From Lingula anatina (taxonomy: Eukaryota > Animalia > Brachiopoda), in the NCBI GenBank assembly GCA_051362555.1, contig CM120640.1:71650788-71714787 (forward strand): 64,000 bases of DNA, written 5' to 3'. Position numbers and translations under genes: made by a program. The first letter of the stretch is position 1, and the number at the start of each line of letters is the position of its first letter. Of the stretch, positions 28,441 through 39,959 are shown piece after piece. The notes below the pieces were generated by a model. The model ran no database searches and was not told the DNA's origin. It worked only from the letters and a program-made list of their open reading frames with translations.

Positions 28441-29264
28441 TGCATCAATGTCATTGAATCTATCATTATTGCTTTTACACTTTTCTTGCGTGTCAACATT
28501 TTGTTATAAAGGCATCTATGTTAATTTGCATAATGGTTAACTTATATTATATTCTACTGTGCAAGATTCAGATGTTAACACCAGTATATGATAATAACTT
28601 TAGAAATTAAATTGGAAGTGTTTTTTTTTCAACTGTAAAACATTAAAACTACTTAAACGTGAGGGGAAAACTCCCACAGCCAGTGATCAATACCATGCCT
28701 AGGGAGCCCTGGGGATCCTTTGAAAATGTCACACATTAGCAATATCAGAGAGACAGAAAACCTTTAGAGACATGCAAAACCATCATCGTATTTGGCATAG
28801 CAATTACTTACTAATGAATATCTGTGGATAATGATGCCACCGCTGAAAGTCAACAAATGTATGAATGTACAAAGTACAAGTCACTTTTGCTGATACGGTA
28901 CTAGTAGAATTACCTGTAAATCAAGTAGCAGAGCTCCACACTTGGACCGCACGTCTTCAAATGGACAGTATATGGAGAAGCGCAGTAGATCAGGCAACAG
29001 CTCTTTGACTAGAGGCTTTCTGTCTAAGGGCTGAATACGGGCATCATGGTGATTGTTGTGGTAGACTGCTTCCTGGGGGCTGCCGTAGCCATCTACCCAG
29101 GCATCAAGAGCTCGACTTATGTTTTCCAGCGCATGAGAACGGCTGTTTTGATCTCTGCTGCACAGAGCCAGGAAAAAACGTAAACTCTTTTCATCTCTTA
29201 AAGTCCTATCCTCCGGCATATCAGCCATCAGCCATCTAAGCCCGTCCTCGATGATTGACTGCAT
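2259..29264 (-). CDS. SESN1: Sestrin, complete 11-exon CDS, about 564 aa: complement(join(2259..2345,2512..2737,2973..3082,3344..3471,3621..3747,3982..4197,4404..4586,10682..10852,13783..13812,22781..22846,28914..29264))
   Basis: All introns GT-AG with matching phases. Sestrin motifs [68 protein letters not shown] and terminal RALTRYMT*. The symbol marks the family; the paralog number is not resolved. Confidence 0.95.
2512..2737 (-). CDS. SESN1: Sestrin exon 10 (MGPNTDVDT...FKHSEK)
   Basis: 226 nt, [19 protein letters not shown] motif, AAG/GTAAGC donor. Confidence 0.95.
2973..3082 (-). CDS. SESN1: Sestrin exon 9 ([11 protein letters not shown]...NLTYFT)
   Basis: 110 nt, AG acceptor, GTGAGT donor. 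Confidence 0.95.
3344..3471 (-). CDS. SESN1: Sestrin exon 8 (..[19 protein letters not shown])
   Basis: 128 nt, phase 1 to 0, [10 protein letters not shown] and PTFRAQ motifs. Confidence 0.93.
3621..3747 (-). CDS. SESN1: Sestrin exon 7 ([17 protein letters not shown]...SQSLE)
   Basis: 127 nt, [10 protein letters not shown] linker motif, GTGAGT donor, ends in phase 1. Confidence 0.92.
3982..4197 (-). CDS. SESN1: Sestrin exon 6 ([14 protein letters not shown]...GSPTS)
   Basis: 216 nt, CAG acceptor, GTAAGT donor, WSLAE motif. Confidence 0.93.
4404..4586 (-). CDS. SESN1: Sestrin exon 5 ([10 protein letters not shown]...KNHIE)
   Basis: 183 nt. Contains the Cys aligned to the redox-active C125 of human SESN2. 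Its acceptor is tandemly repeated upstream. Confidence 0.92.
4555..4829. repeat. 55-bp x5 tandem repeat spanning the sestrin exon 5 acceptor
   Basis: Unit ATGAGATATGAGCACTGGTGTCTGGCAGAGGCCTGAAGAACAGAATATAGCATAG. Acceptor copies at 4586, 4641, 4696, 4751 and 4806. Confidence 0.95.
7071..10266 (-). mobile_element. Non-autonomous Helentron-type (HINE/DINE-1-like) element, family A, multimeric, 3' end missing
   Basis: 5' hairpin TATGTACAGACAC-4nt-GTGTCTGTACATA at 10235-10264 and again at 8824-8853. GTC/GCC microsatellite and about 120-bp internal repeats. Same sequence as 44501-47199 and 59981-61762. Confidence 0.8.
10682..10852 (-). CDS. SESN1: Sestrin exon 4 (TQMLFVDAF...YRHYIAIM)
   Basis: 171 nt, AG/GT bounded, [12 protein letters not shown] and DGPLP motifs. 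Confidence 0.95.
13783..13812 (-). CDS. SESN1: Sestrin exon 3, 30-nt microexon ([10 protein letters not shown])
   Basis: TTTTCCAG acceptor, GAG/GTGAGT donor, phase 0-0. Fills the expected gap between FIPENE and TQMLF. Confidence 0.75.
14229..14410. repeat. Imperfect tandem duplication around a G23 run
   Basis: ATGATGTGTCTGGGCTGGCCAGTGGT and GTCACTGTGGTCTAAGCCACAGGTAAGTCA each occur twice. G run at 14281-14303. Confidence 0.8.
19903..19971. promoter_or_regulatory. Candidate internal promoter: three CCAAT boxes and a CTATAAATAG (MEF2/TATA-like) site
   Basis: CCAAT at 19903, 19929 and 19967; CTATAAATAG at 19942-19951. About 200 bp upstream (minus strand) of a candidate alternative first exon. 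Confidence 0.4.
21885..21980. repeat. Interrupted (CA)n microsatellite
   Basis: Direct reading. Confidence 0.8.
22781..22846 (-). CDS. SESN1: Sestrin exon 2 ([22 protein letters not shown])
   Basis: TTTCAG acceptor, GAG/GTAAGT donor, 66 nt, conserved GPSRFIP. Confidence 0.92.
23531..23665 (+). mobile_element. Severely 5'-truncated copy of the LINE at 41403-48570 (3' UTR and (TATTG)n tail)
   Basis: Closely matches the reverse complement of about 41403-41531, including CCGACATGAAATAAAATTTATTGTATTGTATTG. Confidence 0.85.
24003..24263. mobile_element. MITE with about 105-bp inverted arms (GGGCTGCGTTCACATG...)
   Basis: Near-perfect inverted repeat across most of its length. TTA on the left flank, but the TSD is not preserved on the right. 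Confidence 0.8.
27470..27843. repeat. 45-49-bp minisatellite, about 8 copies
   Basis: Unit GATTAGRTATACTATGGTGAGTTAAYCATAGTCAGTGGGACAACAGCAR. Confidence 0.9.
28389..28438 (+). repeat. Poly(A) tract of about 50 nt
   Basis: Direct reading. Confidence 0.9.
28914..29264 (-). CDS. SESN1: Sestrin exon 1 (MQSIIEDG...[18 protein letters not shown])
   Basis: ATG-initiated 117 codons ending CAG/GTAATT, phase 0. CPFEDVR resembles the N-terminal extension of long SESN1 isoforms. Confidence 0.85.
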
Positions 29265-30376
29265 AAATTAAGACGAAGTGTCAGAAATGCCAGTCCCAAA
29301 GAGTGCCACTGCGAGCACGGGCACTTGCTCCGCGACGTCGCCACTAAGTTGACCCTGAACAGCTGATCAGCGTGGTGAAATCTCACCTCTGCCCCTACAC
29401 TGAGGATGCTGTTCTATTACTGGCGAAATAACGTACATTAAAATTGACTGAAATCCATTGCAATGACATTCATATTCGCATATCAATGAATAAATGTTCT
29501 CATCTACGATATTCACAGCAACAATTTGATAAAAAGACTGGCCTGTCGGTGAAACGTTCCTCAGCTACAACCTTATCATGGCCGACTGCATCCGGGTGCT
29601 TTCTGACCTCTGAGACACACCTCCACATTTCAACCAATTAAAATACCAGTGACCCACTTTGCGATCAGCTGAGCATATCTGCCTTTTAAACGCATTGTAA
29701 AGCGCCAGACGAGCCGGAAAACCTCTACCCATCCTATAAATCGAATACTCCGGCGGTAAAACATTTTCTCGCATTTTGCATCTTTTGAAAGTTCGTTAAA
29801 AGCTTAATCTCACGTAACAATGTTTTCTGGATTTACGAATTTTTTCCAGGGCGGACCCATATTTTATCTGTATGTGGATGTTAGTTTCTTGCTTTTTGAC
29901 TTACCCTGGATATTTCAAAGACGATCTTGTGAGACAAATAAACTGATCTGGCACTGGGCAGAGTAGAAATCTTTTGGCCAAATATATTTTTTTTTAGAAA
30001 AGTAAAATAAAAAATTGATTTTTTATCTACTCCTAAATATAATATACATGTATTAACCCTAAACGTTCATCTGACAGTTCCTCATTTTCAGTAAAACTTT
30101 GTGTAATTTGCATTTCATTTTCCGTATCTAGCGGTATAAACTCTGGATGCTGTGTCTAAATGGAGAGAATTTCATCAACTGTGTTATATTATAAGAATAA
30201 AGCAAACTTTCTTCAATCAACAGTTAATAAATTCTGTCAATATTAGCAGTTGATTGAAGAAAAATTACTTAATTCCTTTTTCTAAACGCTCTTTGAAAAC
30301 CAAATATATATTTTTCGTGGTTAATGAAATTCGTGATCAAACCTTGCCATTATAAACTTCTGCACATCTTCTTTTG

Positions 30377-30437
30377 CTTCTTCTTCTTCTTCCTTGGCTT
30401 TCGGCTTTGTCCCTTCTCAGGGGTCACCGCAGCGGAT
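30377..30437 (-). mobile_element. Possible RTE-clade LINE 3'-end fragment with (GAA)n tail
   Basis: Reverse complement ATCCGCTGCGGTGACCCCTGAGAAGGGACAAAGCCGAAAG...(GAA)n resembles, from memory, RTE/Rex3-type 3' ends. Confidence 0.55.
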
Positions 30438-31104
30438 AGCACGTTATAAACATCTTTTCATGATCCAACTAATGCCGTTCAACTGAGACAGCATGTAGGC
30501 ACGGCCATTTACATAATGCCGTACGTAAGTGGTCATTAATCAATGCAACTTAAATGTGTTTTAAAAAACTTTTTGCATTCAACAATGTATTAAATTGCAC
30601 CTTATTTTCTAAATAGATATATTCAAGCAGCCACCGCTTCCCCGCCCATAGTACTGCCAGCGTATTCAGCTGAATGGCCTCATTCTCCGATGATGATGCT
30701 CTAGATAGATATCGAAATATTGGCAGGAAACAGCTATTTCAATACCAACTGGACTGAAGAAAAATTACTGCTTTATTCAATGATATTTTGTATTCGAGGG
30801 TGACAAATTAAGGTCTGTTGAAGAAAGTGCGATAAAAGCGTAATGCCTCACACACACTGACTTTACTGACAAAACAACCAGATGTGTGGATTGTGTTAGT
30901 TGTGACTTTTGACTCTTCTATCACAATAGCTTGAAAATCTGTGAGAGAGGGGGAACACAACGTTTAGCAAATCTGCAAATTTAGGGTAAAAAAAATACTA
31001 AAACAGGAATTGATTTAGGAAAGATAGAAACTAATCAACAGGCCAGTTCTACTTCATGAAAAGTTGTTCAAAGTGATTCTTTATAAATTTGTGGACTGGG
31101 TAGC

Positions 31105-31347
31105 CAGGGCCGTAGCCTGAGCAAACTGCCAGGGGGGGCAGTAAGCGGACACGAGGGGGCGAAGCCAAAAAGGGGGGGGTGTGGAAAATTTTTAAAATCT
31201 GTATGTATAATAGTGCATTCTGGTGCATTTTAACTGTTATTTATTGCTCAATCAGAAGTCAGAAATTGCGATTATTATTTTTTTTTGCACCTCTAATCCC
31301 AGGGGGGGCAGTGCCCCCCCCCCTGCCCCCCTGGAGGCTAGGCCCTG
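31105..31347. mobile_element. MITE with CAGGGCC(G)TAGCC TIRs and 5-bp TSD GTAGC
   Basis: GTAGC at 31100-31104 and 31348-31352 flanks inverted termini CAGGGCCGTAGCC / GGCTAGGCCCTG. Confidence 0.75.
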
Positions 31348-33534
31348 GTAGCGTGTAAGTGACCAAAATCGATTTAGTTGTGCTTCGGCCAATATCCCTT
31401 TTTCTGGGGTCAGGTAAACAACATGTTGACCACGACCAAAATCAATAATTATGTATTGTCCTTTAGACATATCTTGCAATAACCAATGTCTCCCATTTAT
31501 AGAAGTATTCAGTTTGTTGTTGCAGATGTCAAGAGTACAAATGAAGAGAAATGAATCAATTTTGATTTTCCACATCTAAGCCATTATGTTTTATGTCTTT
31601 AAATCACGCCTTTAGGTCCTGAACTCCGTGACTTTACATAGATCCGTGCAAATAGAGTGAACTTGTTTCTGGACCAAATGTCTTTCGTCAAAATCTTTTA
31701 AAGAGAAGTATTGCGCATTGATAAAAAAGATCATGACAGTTGTATCATATATATATTTTAATAAAACGCATACTAAAAATAATTATGTCAGATATTAATC
31801 AAACATTATGTAATAAATGAATATCCAACATATTAAAATACAGCAGCACATACAAGATCAATACACGTTTTATGCGCCCGTGGAAATGCGGCCTGGACGG
31901 TTCCCATGGAAACTGGTGGATGGCTTCCTGTTCAGGAATCTGTCTTGCTAGCTCCTCCCCTCCCGTGTACAGGATAGGTGATGGAGTGTGAACGACCCTA
32001 GGCAGCCCCCCCCCCCACACACACACAAACAAACCAATCCCACCCCCTAGCCACGTGAGTCCCTAGGGTGCATCCCCCGTGTATGAACTGTATGCTTGTC
32101 ATAGTGGTCTCTGCCTATACATACAAACTATACTCAAAGACCAAATTTTCTTTCCTAATCCACTTCAGGTTAGTGCAATTACTACTATCACGCTATGATT
32201 AATTCCATGTGGGCCAATTGCCTCCACTTCTAATGAAAAAATATAGAATTAACAAGTTAATCGGCTTTATAATTTAGACGAGAAAATCGGATGTATTGGT
32301 AATATCGATAGTATGTCGGTAGAGCTCCTTTCCACCTGGACAATTAAAGATGCAAGAGCTGTCACTGCAGGTAGAGGGAGATTTTTGTATACGTTAGCGT
32401 TAATACAAGAACTTCCGCATATGAATTTGCTGCTGGCTAGGAGACAAAATTTAACTATGCATTTGGAATCAGTGTCATCCTGCCACGTTTTTGACAAAGT
32501 CGATGTCAAATGACCAGACCTACACACAATAGAAGTGCCCCCCTGAATCAGAGTAATCATTAACCCGAAGAGGCGGAATATAAGCAATGTCAGAATATCG
32601 ATACAGTTGAATTGTTCAGCCAGAACCGTTTCTTTCGTAAAATTTGATGTTAATAAAATGATACCAGGAGCATATCATTCCACAGTCATTTATCTCCCCC
32701 AAAGTATTGGTTCAGTAGGGGTGCCACTTCTATTGTCCAGTGTGTGTACAAAGCAGTAAAATGGCTGAAATGGCTGCTGTCAAAGTATTCTGTTCTGTAG
32801 CAATGCATATTATTCGATGATTCCGATTCTTTAAGATATACCTGGGCGTTTTCAACTGTGCGACCCAAAAGAGCTACTGAAATGCGTGTAATATTACTGT
32901 CAAGGTGAAGGTGTGAACAATAATTGGAGCGCCAGAGGTCATTCAACATATTTCATTCATCCACATTTTCCCGAATATTTTCTAAGTTCGTTTGTTATAA
33001 AGGTTATCTATTGTCATCTCTCGCCATCGTGATCCTCTGGGGGTGACCTTGATTTTCATTGATTTACAGCAGCTTAAATAACTCGAGCATGGCACGTGTA
33101 AGTTATATGATGCCCAATCAATTATTGCTTAGGTTTGATGCAAATCATTGAATTATTCCAATAATACTCAAATAATGATTTTGCAAGTCTTTTCTGACTT
33201 TTTTAAACATGGCACAAATATTTCCCCGTCTTATGAGGACAGTGCATTGCCATGGTTAAAAGAGCCTGCTCTTAAATTGCAAATATGAAAAATGCCAGAA
33301 AAATGGCCCCATAAATATGTAAAACCGATCCGATTTTTTTCTGACAGTCACTGGTCCGGACCATTGATGTTGACGTTTCTTATGTGTAACCTCTGGCAAA
33401 TCATTCTTAAGCAGAAATTCGTCAACTTTGATCATTTTCCACCTTTCTGTGTCATTTTAGTGGGGATCTTTCAAACGAGCCAATCAAGAACACGTATCGG
33501 TGAATGTGTTTGGTAATACAGCGTGTTTGTCGAG

Positions 33535-33790
33535 GCAGTGTAAGAGGTGAGACAGTGTGTTAGTTGAGACAATGTAAGAGGTGAGGCAGTGTGTTAGTTG
33601 AGACAATGTAAGAGGTAAGACAGTGTGTTAGTTGAGACAATGTAAGAGGTGAGACAGTATGTTAGTTGAATCAATGAAAGAGGTGATACAGTGCACGTAT
33701 TAGTTGAGGCAATGTAAGAGGTGATACAGTATGTTAATTGAGGCAACGTGTGAGATGAGACAATGTGTAAGATGATACATTGTGTTAGGT
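33535..33790. repeat. 34-bp (2x17) minisatellite just 3' of the membrane-protein stop codon
   Basis: Unit GAGACAATGTAAGAGGTGAGACAGTGTGTTAGTT, decaying rightwards. Confidence 0.85.
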
Positions 33791-33820
33791 GCTACAGTTG
33801 GTTTTGGCAAATTTAAAACA

Positions 33821-35200
33821 TTAAACTTCCTCTACGAAGGACGGGTTGTCTTCTCCAGCCTCGGTATTTCGAGGAGTTGGAGCCTTTTTCTTTCTCGGTT
33901 TTGAAGATGTTTCCCCGTCATTCGTTGCTTTGGAATTAACAACAGAACTCTCCTCGGCCTCCGTACCTTGTTCAGGTCGAGGTGACTTCTTTTTCCGTAC
34001 CCTTTTTACTTGAGAATTTTCTGACATGTCCATCGCATTAACATCCACAGAGTCAGTGACTCCATCAGATTGCACGCTCCGCGGCGATTTTGTTTTCTTT
34101 TTCCGCGGAGTGACGATGGCTACGTCTTGATTTTCAGTTAGTTCTGTTTTGTTTCTGGGGGATTTCTTTCTTGGTGTTCTGGACCGCAATTCCGCTGCAG
34201 ACTCAGATTTCATTTTTTCCATTACCTGAGCGTTTGATACTTTCGTAGTATCGGAGTCAGTTTGCAAATTTCCTGCAGATCTGGACTTGCTGACTATTGT
34301 TTCTGAATTTGTTTCCTCTTTCTTTCCGGCAATCGCATCAGAACTGTTATTTTTAAGTGGGGATTTTGCTTTCTTCTCTCTTGGCGTTTCTATTGGCTTT
34401 TCAGATTTGGCACCGTCAGTATCTTCATCCATTTTCACACCCAACTTTGCAGGGTGCTCGTCTATGTCATTGATAATTTCTATCTCCTGGTCCCTGTGGA
34501 CAACAATATCAGGGACTGAGTTATTGTCATGTGAGTTGTGTCTTCGAGCTGACACATGAACGTCACATTCCACCACGTGATTCGTGACGTCATCTTCGTC
34601 GTGTTCCTCCAGCTGCAAATTTTCTCGTGTCTGTTGTTTCGGGGAGTGCATTCCTTCATGAATTGGTGCTAAACTGGGGAGTTCTAAACTGCTTACTGAG
34701 CCGTAAAAGGCTTGACTTCTCTTGATGGCGGGTATGGAACCGTATGGTTCGTCTACCACGTCACCGTTTGCGGCGTTACTATGACGACCGTTAAGATCCA
34801 TGGACGAACTAACCGCTTTCCCATTGTGAGATTTCCCATTCAACGGACTGGTATTTATTCCTTTGCGGCGTTGTAACCTCTCCATTTTAATGTCGTGCAC
34901 TGTCACTTTTACCATATTTTTCTTGGCTTCTTTCTTTTTAACCTTTTCTTGTTCTTTGACAGTAATGACTTTTGGATGGCCATTTTTATATCGTAAAGGC
35001 TGCCCCGTTAGGGCAGCTTGCATAGCTACTTGCCTTTCCTTTTGCTCTTTGAGGTATTTCCTTCCCGGTCTCCATCGAATTCTTCGAACCCAAAAGCACA
35101 CGCAGAATAACACTAGAATCAAGCCAGCAACTCCGGCGATGTAAGCCAGAATAAGAATCCCCTGGTCCGTCTGCGGGGCAGGGGTGGTAGGGTCGGCCAT
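33821..35200 (-). CDS. Uncharacterised 459-aa single-pass membrane protein with a long, probably disordered K/E/S-rich tail
   Basis: 1380-nt ORF with good start context (GGT ATG G). Hydrophobic ILILAYIAGVAGLILVLFCVCFWV is followed by basic RRIRWRPGRK. Upstream acceptor TTTTAG at 35495-35500 suggests a 5' UTR intron. Confidence 0.8.
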   Translation of the reverse strand: MADPTTPAPQTDQGILILAYIAGVAGLILVLFCVCFWVRRIRWRPGRKYLKEQKERQVAMQAALTGQPLRYKNGHPKVITVKEQEKVKKKEAKKNMVKVTVHDIKMERLQRRKGINTSPLNGKSHNGKAVSSSMDLNGRHSNAANGDVVDEPYGSIPAIKRSQAFYGSVSSLELPSLAPIHEGMHSPKQQTRENLQLEEHDEDDVTNHVVECDVHVSARRHNSHDNNSVPDIVVHRDQEIEIINDIDEHPAKLGVKMDEDTDGAKSEKPIETPREKKAKSPLKNNSSDAIAGKKEETNSETIVSKSRSAGNLQTDSDTTKVSNAQVMEKMKSESAAELRSRTPRKKSPRNKTELTENQDVAIVTPRKKKTKSPRSVQSDGVTDSVDVNAMDMSENSQVKRVRKKKSPRPEQGTEAEESSVVNSKATNDGETSSKPRKKKAPTPRNTEAGEDNPSFVEEV

Positions 35201-35927
35201 ACCGCTGGCCAGGACTGATTATTGTAGCCGGTTTATTCTAAATAGTTGTGGCAAGATTAATGTAGACATGCTTTGTCCTTATTATTTGTATGTTGTCTCA
35301 TGATTCTCGGGCTCTTGTTGCCATAGGTTCTGTTACTTTATTTCCAGGTTTTTCCAAGGTGAACTATATTTTCCATGGGACGTCAATGCAGGTGTCAGCA
35401 GATTACCTGCTTGGAATAGTTGGGGTCCGGACAACCAGCACGGTAATGTGAACACAGAGACCTTGTTTTCCTTCTCAGTGGTCCTTGGCGATTTCTAAAA
35501 TGGGATAAAACATATCAGTAGAGTTACGAATACGGGTAAAAACAACACGTCTCCGATTGGAACAAGAATAGTTATGTGACTTTTAGCATAACTATGCTGT
35601 ATCTTGTGGTATAAGTACATTTCGTATGTTGTGGTATATAATTAACTATGTGTGTACATGCAATGTATTGTATCATACTGTAGCTACGATGTTTTAATAT
35701 ATACCTTGTGATGCAACTTAAATCAATCTTATTGTGTAATGAATATGTAGGATGTGTCTAAATTGTGGTATTACCACGATATCTTTTGGCGCAAGTACAC
35801 AAGTACTTGTGGTAATCGCCTTTCATACGGTGTGTCTTTTGGTACAACTGGGATAAGCCATATGCGGCGTGCTTAAAGTGAGGTACATGTGTACTATATA
35901 GGCCAACATGACTGTATGCGTATATAA

Positions 35928-36105
35928 GGCGGACTTTGGAGGGGGGGGGGGGGTGCCAGGGGGTCCTGACCCCCTCTTCGATTTCTGAAAAATATCACAA
36001 CAATGGCCCCCTCTTGATATCAGAATTTTGACTAGATGGATCATAGTTCTAAACCGTACCTAAAGGCAACGTTCGTCCTCTAAAATACCAATTTGTTTCG
36101 GGGCC
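35928..36105 (+). mobile_element. Dispersed repeat fragment (MITE-like), copy 1
   Basis: Shares TCGATTTCTGA..AGAATTTTGACTAGAT..CATAGTTCT..ACCGTACC..CTAAAATA..TTTCGGGGC with 38225-38366. Confidence 0.65.
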
Positions 36106-36175
36106 GGCTGGTATAAGAATGATCATTGCGTCTTGTGTTATAACAATGCTGTGTCATATCACGGAGCTGGGAGGT

Positions 36176-36684
36176 GCCATATGTGATATAAATACTATGT
36201 GCCTTGAGCTTGTATCGTTAGGTGTAACTAGGATATATGCCATATGTGATATAAATACTATATGTGCCTTGAGCTTTAGCTACGATGTATCGTTAGGTGT
36301 GACTAGGATATATGCCATATGTGATATACATACTGTATGTGCCTTGAGCTTTAGCTACGGTGTATCGTTAGGTGTGACTGGGATGTGCCATATGTGATAT
36401 ACATACTATATGTGCCTTGAGCTTTAGCTACGATATATCGTTAGGTGTAACTGGGATGTGCCATATGTGATACACATACTATATGTGCCTTGAGCTTTAG
36501 CTACGATGTATCGTTATATTAGGTGTAACTGGGATGTGCCATATGTGATATACATACTATACTCAGTATATGCCTTGAGCTTTAGCTACGATGTATCGTT
36601 AGGTGTAACTGGGATGTGCCATATGTGATATACTTATACTATATGTTCCCTGAGCTTTAGCTACGATGTATCGTTAGGTGTAAC
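36176..36684. repeat. Minisatellite of about 73 bp, about 7 copies
   Basis: Unit GCCATATGTGATATACATACTATATGTGCCTTGAGCTTTAGCTACGATGTATCGTTAGGTGTAACTGGGATGT. Confidence 0.9.
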
Positions 36685-38224
36685 ACGGAATTTATGCACT
36701 AGTTCAAATATGCTGTCCCTCATATATGTCAGTTACACACCAACCAGGATACCGCAGGATTGATTAATCGAAATCTTAAGCAGGTCTGCAAGCGTCCATT
36801 TCTCTTGCCACGGCATATGTCTTCCTGCCTCCCCTGTATAGTCTTACCTGTATTTCCTCCTGAACATTGTCTTACCTGTATTGCCGCTCCGTTTCTGCTT
36901 TATCTGCTGTTCGTCACGCGCCTCGCCCCATGCTCACGACACGCGCTCAATTAACACAAACGCAATGTTTTCGGATGCGTTGAGACCTCTCCGTCTTTAC
37001 GCCATGGTCCAGCGTCGATATTTACCTGCATTGCAGTGGATCCTTGTTCGTATTGATAAATCAATGAAGGCAGTTTAAACTGGAAACAGCGGTATCGATA
37101 TTTCTGTAGCACTGTATGATTGTACTTTGTTTGTTTATTAATATGGTTGATGACCAACTACTCTCTGTCACGCTTTGCTACAAGTGATTCCTTACTACAG
37201 TATTAATTTTATCACACCCCTCTTATATATATTAAAAGCCATGTATTAATACAAAAACATATTTCATCATGATGAAAATCAATATTGCTATTACTCGTGT
37301 GCACTGGTTACCTGAGGTGGTACGGCGGGGAGGTGGAGCAAGTAGCAAATAGAATATTGATTGTGGACGTCATTAATGGAAAGGCAGTGCTCCAATGATG
37401 TTTTGGACAATGAGCACGTGGCACATCCATCAAGGTGAAAAAGTTAACGATTTACATTAGCTATTCGATTTACATTTTGTGGGTTATATATTATTGATGA
37501 GAGTAGGCCTTTGTCTATACCTTCCCTGACAACTATGCTAAATTAAATAGTGTTAATTACCTAGAAAATATGGTGTTGTTATAAAGGAAGGTCCAAAAGG
37601 GCTGTTTTGTCCTTAACATTAATTCCTATTTTTTAAGTTAACCTGGTCGTTTAAGTTTCTCTATACGTGGTTTACCCGCCAGCATGAAATTTCCTCGGAG
37701 AAAAAACAACTTTCTTCTCCTCACGAACCATAGCATGACCTGGCCGTGCACTTGGATAAGATATTTTATTCCATTTTTAATTCAATGGTTTATTTCTATA
37801 TGACTAACAGTCACTTAGAACGCTATGTCTTCCTGTGCATTTTAGAACTATGAGAGACATTTTATTTGAGAGGGTCTATAGTTTTGAAGGCAATTTAAAT
37901 TTACAAAATCTACAATTCATGGTTCGCACCCACAACTCAGCATGTGTTATACACGTGTTAGAAACATACAATTTGATAGTGAAATTAAACAATCAAATAA
38001 AACAATGTGTGACTTTGACATTTCCTGACATGAAGACTATTTCTACACTCTTAAGGAAATTAAACTTGAACATAGCAACTCGCTTTCCTTTAATTTGATT
38101 CTATTTGTACGTTATTTATTACTTGCAATTTGTGAAGATGTAAGATATAATAACTAAACAACATTTACACTTTTAGGGCACAAACTTCCTTTTCCGTTGC
38201 TTGATTCCCTTCGTTATACCGGTT

Positions 38225-38366
38225 AGAGGGAGGGGTTCTCGCCCCCCCCCCCCTCGATTTCTGAGAAAATCCACACCAGTGAAATTAGAATTTTGACTAG
38301 ATCATAGTTCTTCACCGTACCAAATGGCACCGTTCGCCATCTAAAATATCAAAAATTTTCGGGGCG
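38225..38366 (+). mobile_element. Dispersed repeat fragment (MITE-like), copy 2
   Basis: Direct-orientation homolog of 35928-36105. Confidence 0.65.
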
Positions 38367-39959
38367 CTTCATCGGTGGGAGGGGGGGGGGAGAGGGGGGA
38401 GGGTCGGCTTCGTGTAAAGAAGTGAGAGAGGCGGATAAATGTGGATCTGTTGCGGGTTGTAGCTGAACTCTAGAACTGAAAAGGATGACAAACATTTAAC
38501 AAAGGTAATTCTGGTTTATGATAACGTTTGTAAAGCAGGCCTTCTAAAGTAAAACGCAATTCATGTTTAGTTTAACTTTCATTAATTGCCATGGGTTTAC
38601 CATGTACCGGTATGATATGTAATACGTACCACTCTACGTACCTTATAGCGTATTCTAAAATTGCTCTGCTAGCTCTTTATTTATTGTTATTTTTCCCATT
38701 ACAATTATTGTCAGCTTCTTTATTTCTCATTATTTCAGAATTCACAGATGAAGAACTTTTCTGCCTGTATGTGCCAATATGTTTTCTGGCATACTTGACC
38801 TGTTCATGGCAGATTGGATGAGAGAAAACAGTTTTCTTATTTTATCTGTACCGCAAGCTCCTCAAAAATGATCAAACCACAATTAAATTAGTGATACTTT
38901 TTTTGTTACACATACAAATAGAAGCCTGAAAGCGTAATGGTGAACAAACTGGATACTCTGATGCTAAGTCGATTTTTCATTCAAAATTGTGCAGACTGCT
39001 GTATGACGACAAATTTCGTGAAGAACTCTCATCGCCAGCGCAGAACTGCAGGTGCGATAATGATAAAAACCGTCGTTTTGAATTAAGACATCCGAGAAGG
39101 TAAAAGTTATTTTAACACATTGGTTTTTGATTATAATTATTGGAAATATAGTTTTGTTACTGAAATAAAAGATAAGTACTTTGATTTTCGATATTTCAAA
39201 AAGTCAGCAGACCTTCACTTGCTTCTGTATTGGAAAAAATGACGTCAGAATATGGCTGACATCTAGCGGAATAGGGTCAAAAACGCACTTCAACAGCTGG
39301 CTAAAAAAGTTGCCAGAATAAATTCTGATGAAACTTGGTAGGTTTATTTTGCGTATTAAAAGTCATCTTCTATCGACTGGAATAAGGTGCACACTCTCTG
39401 TGATAGGAGATATCTCAAAATGTTACGGTGTTGCTATGGATAATAATCGGCATGTTGGCCGACTTTGTCGAGTTATATTTCCTTCATTTCACTTTGCTTC
39501 TGGGTTAATCTCACACTTACAGACGCGTGATAAACTCTGCTACCATGCCTTAATTTTTCATAAGCACCTTCAGAGGTAATAAAGTACAATTCTTTAATTT
39601 CCGCGCTGGTTGCGAAATTTACAAAATTTCAACCGCGACGTCATCTCAGCGCACGCGCTCCGTTCTGAATATCTTCCTACGCGCAGCCAGTTGCCATATG
39701 ACTGAACGGACAAGAAAGAACACACGTCGACCCCCAACTATTCAGTCGTAGCCTCAAAAATCACTTCGCTACTCGCGAAAGACGAAGGGTGGTGTGGTTA
39801 ATATACGGCGTATATTTATATATATATGTTTGTTTTGCATATATGTCATCACGACGTGATATGCATCCAAGTTATAGGCCCTGCAATTATGCATGGCTTA
39901 CACTATTTTTTCAACAGAGATTTTGGGATTGTACCACTTCCTACAACATTAAAAGCGAC

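Noticed and set aside
33000-33520. Transposon-like sequence (also about 39280-39600)
   Set aside because: No termini, TSD or second copy identified in the window.
38401-39100. Possible plus-strand exons (donors near 38505 and 39100)
   Set aside because: No recognisable protein or consistent frame. They may be UTR exons but cannot be supported.
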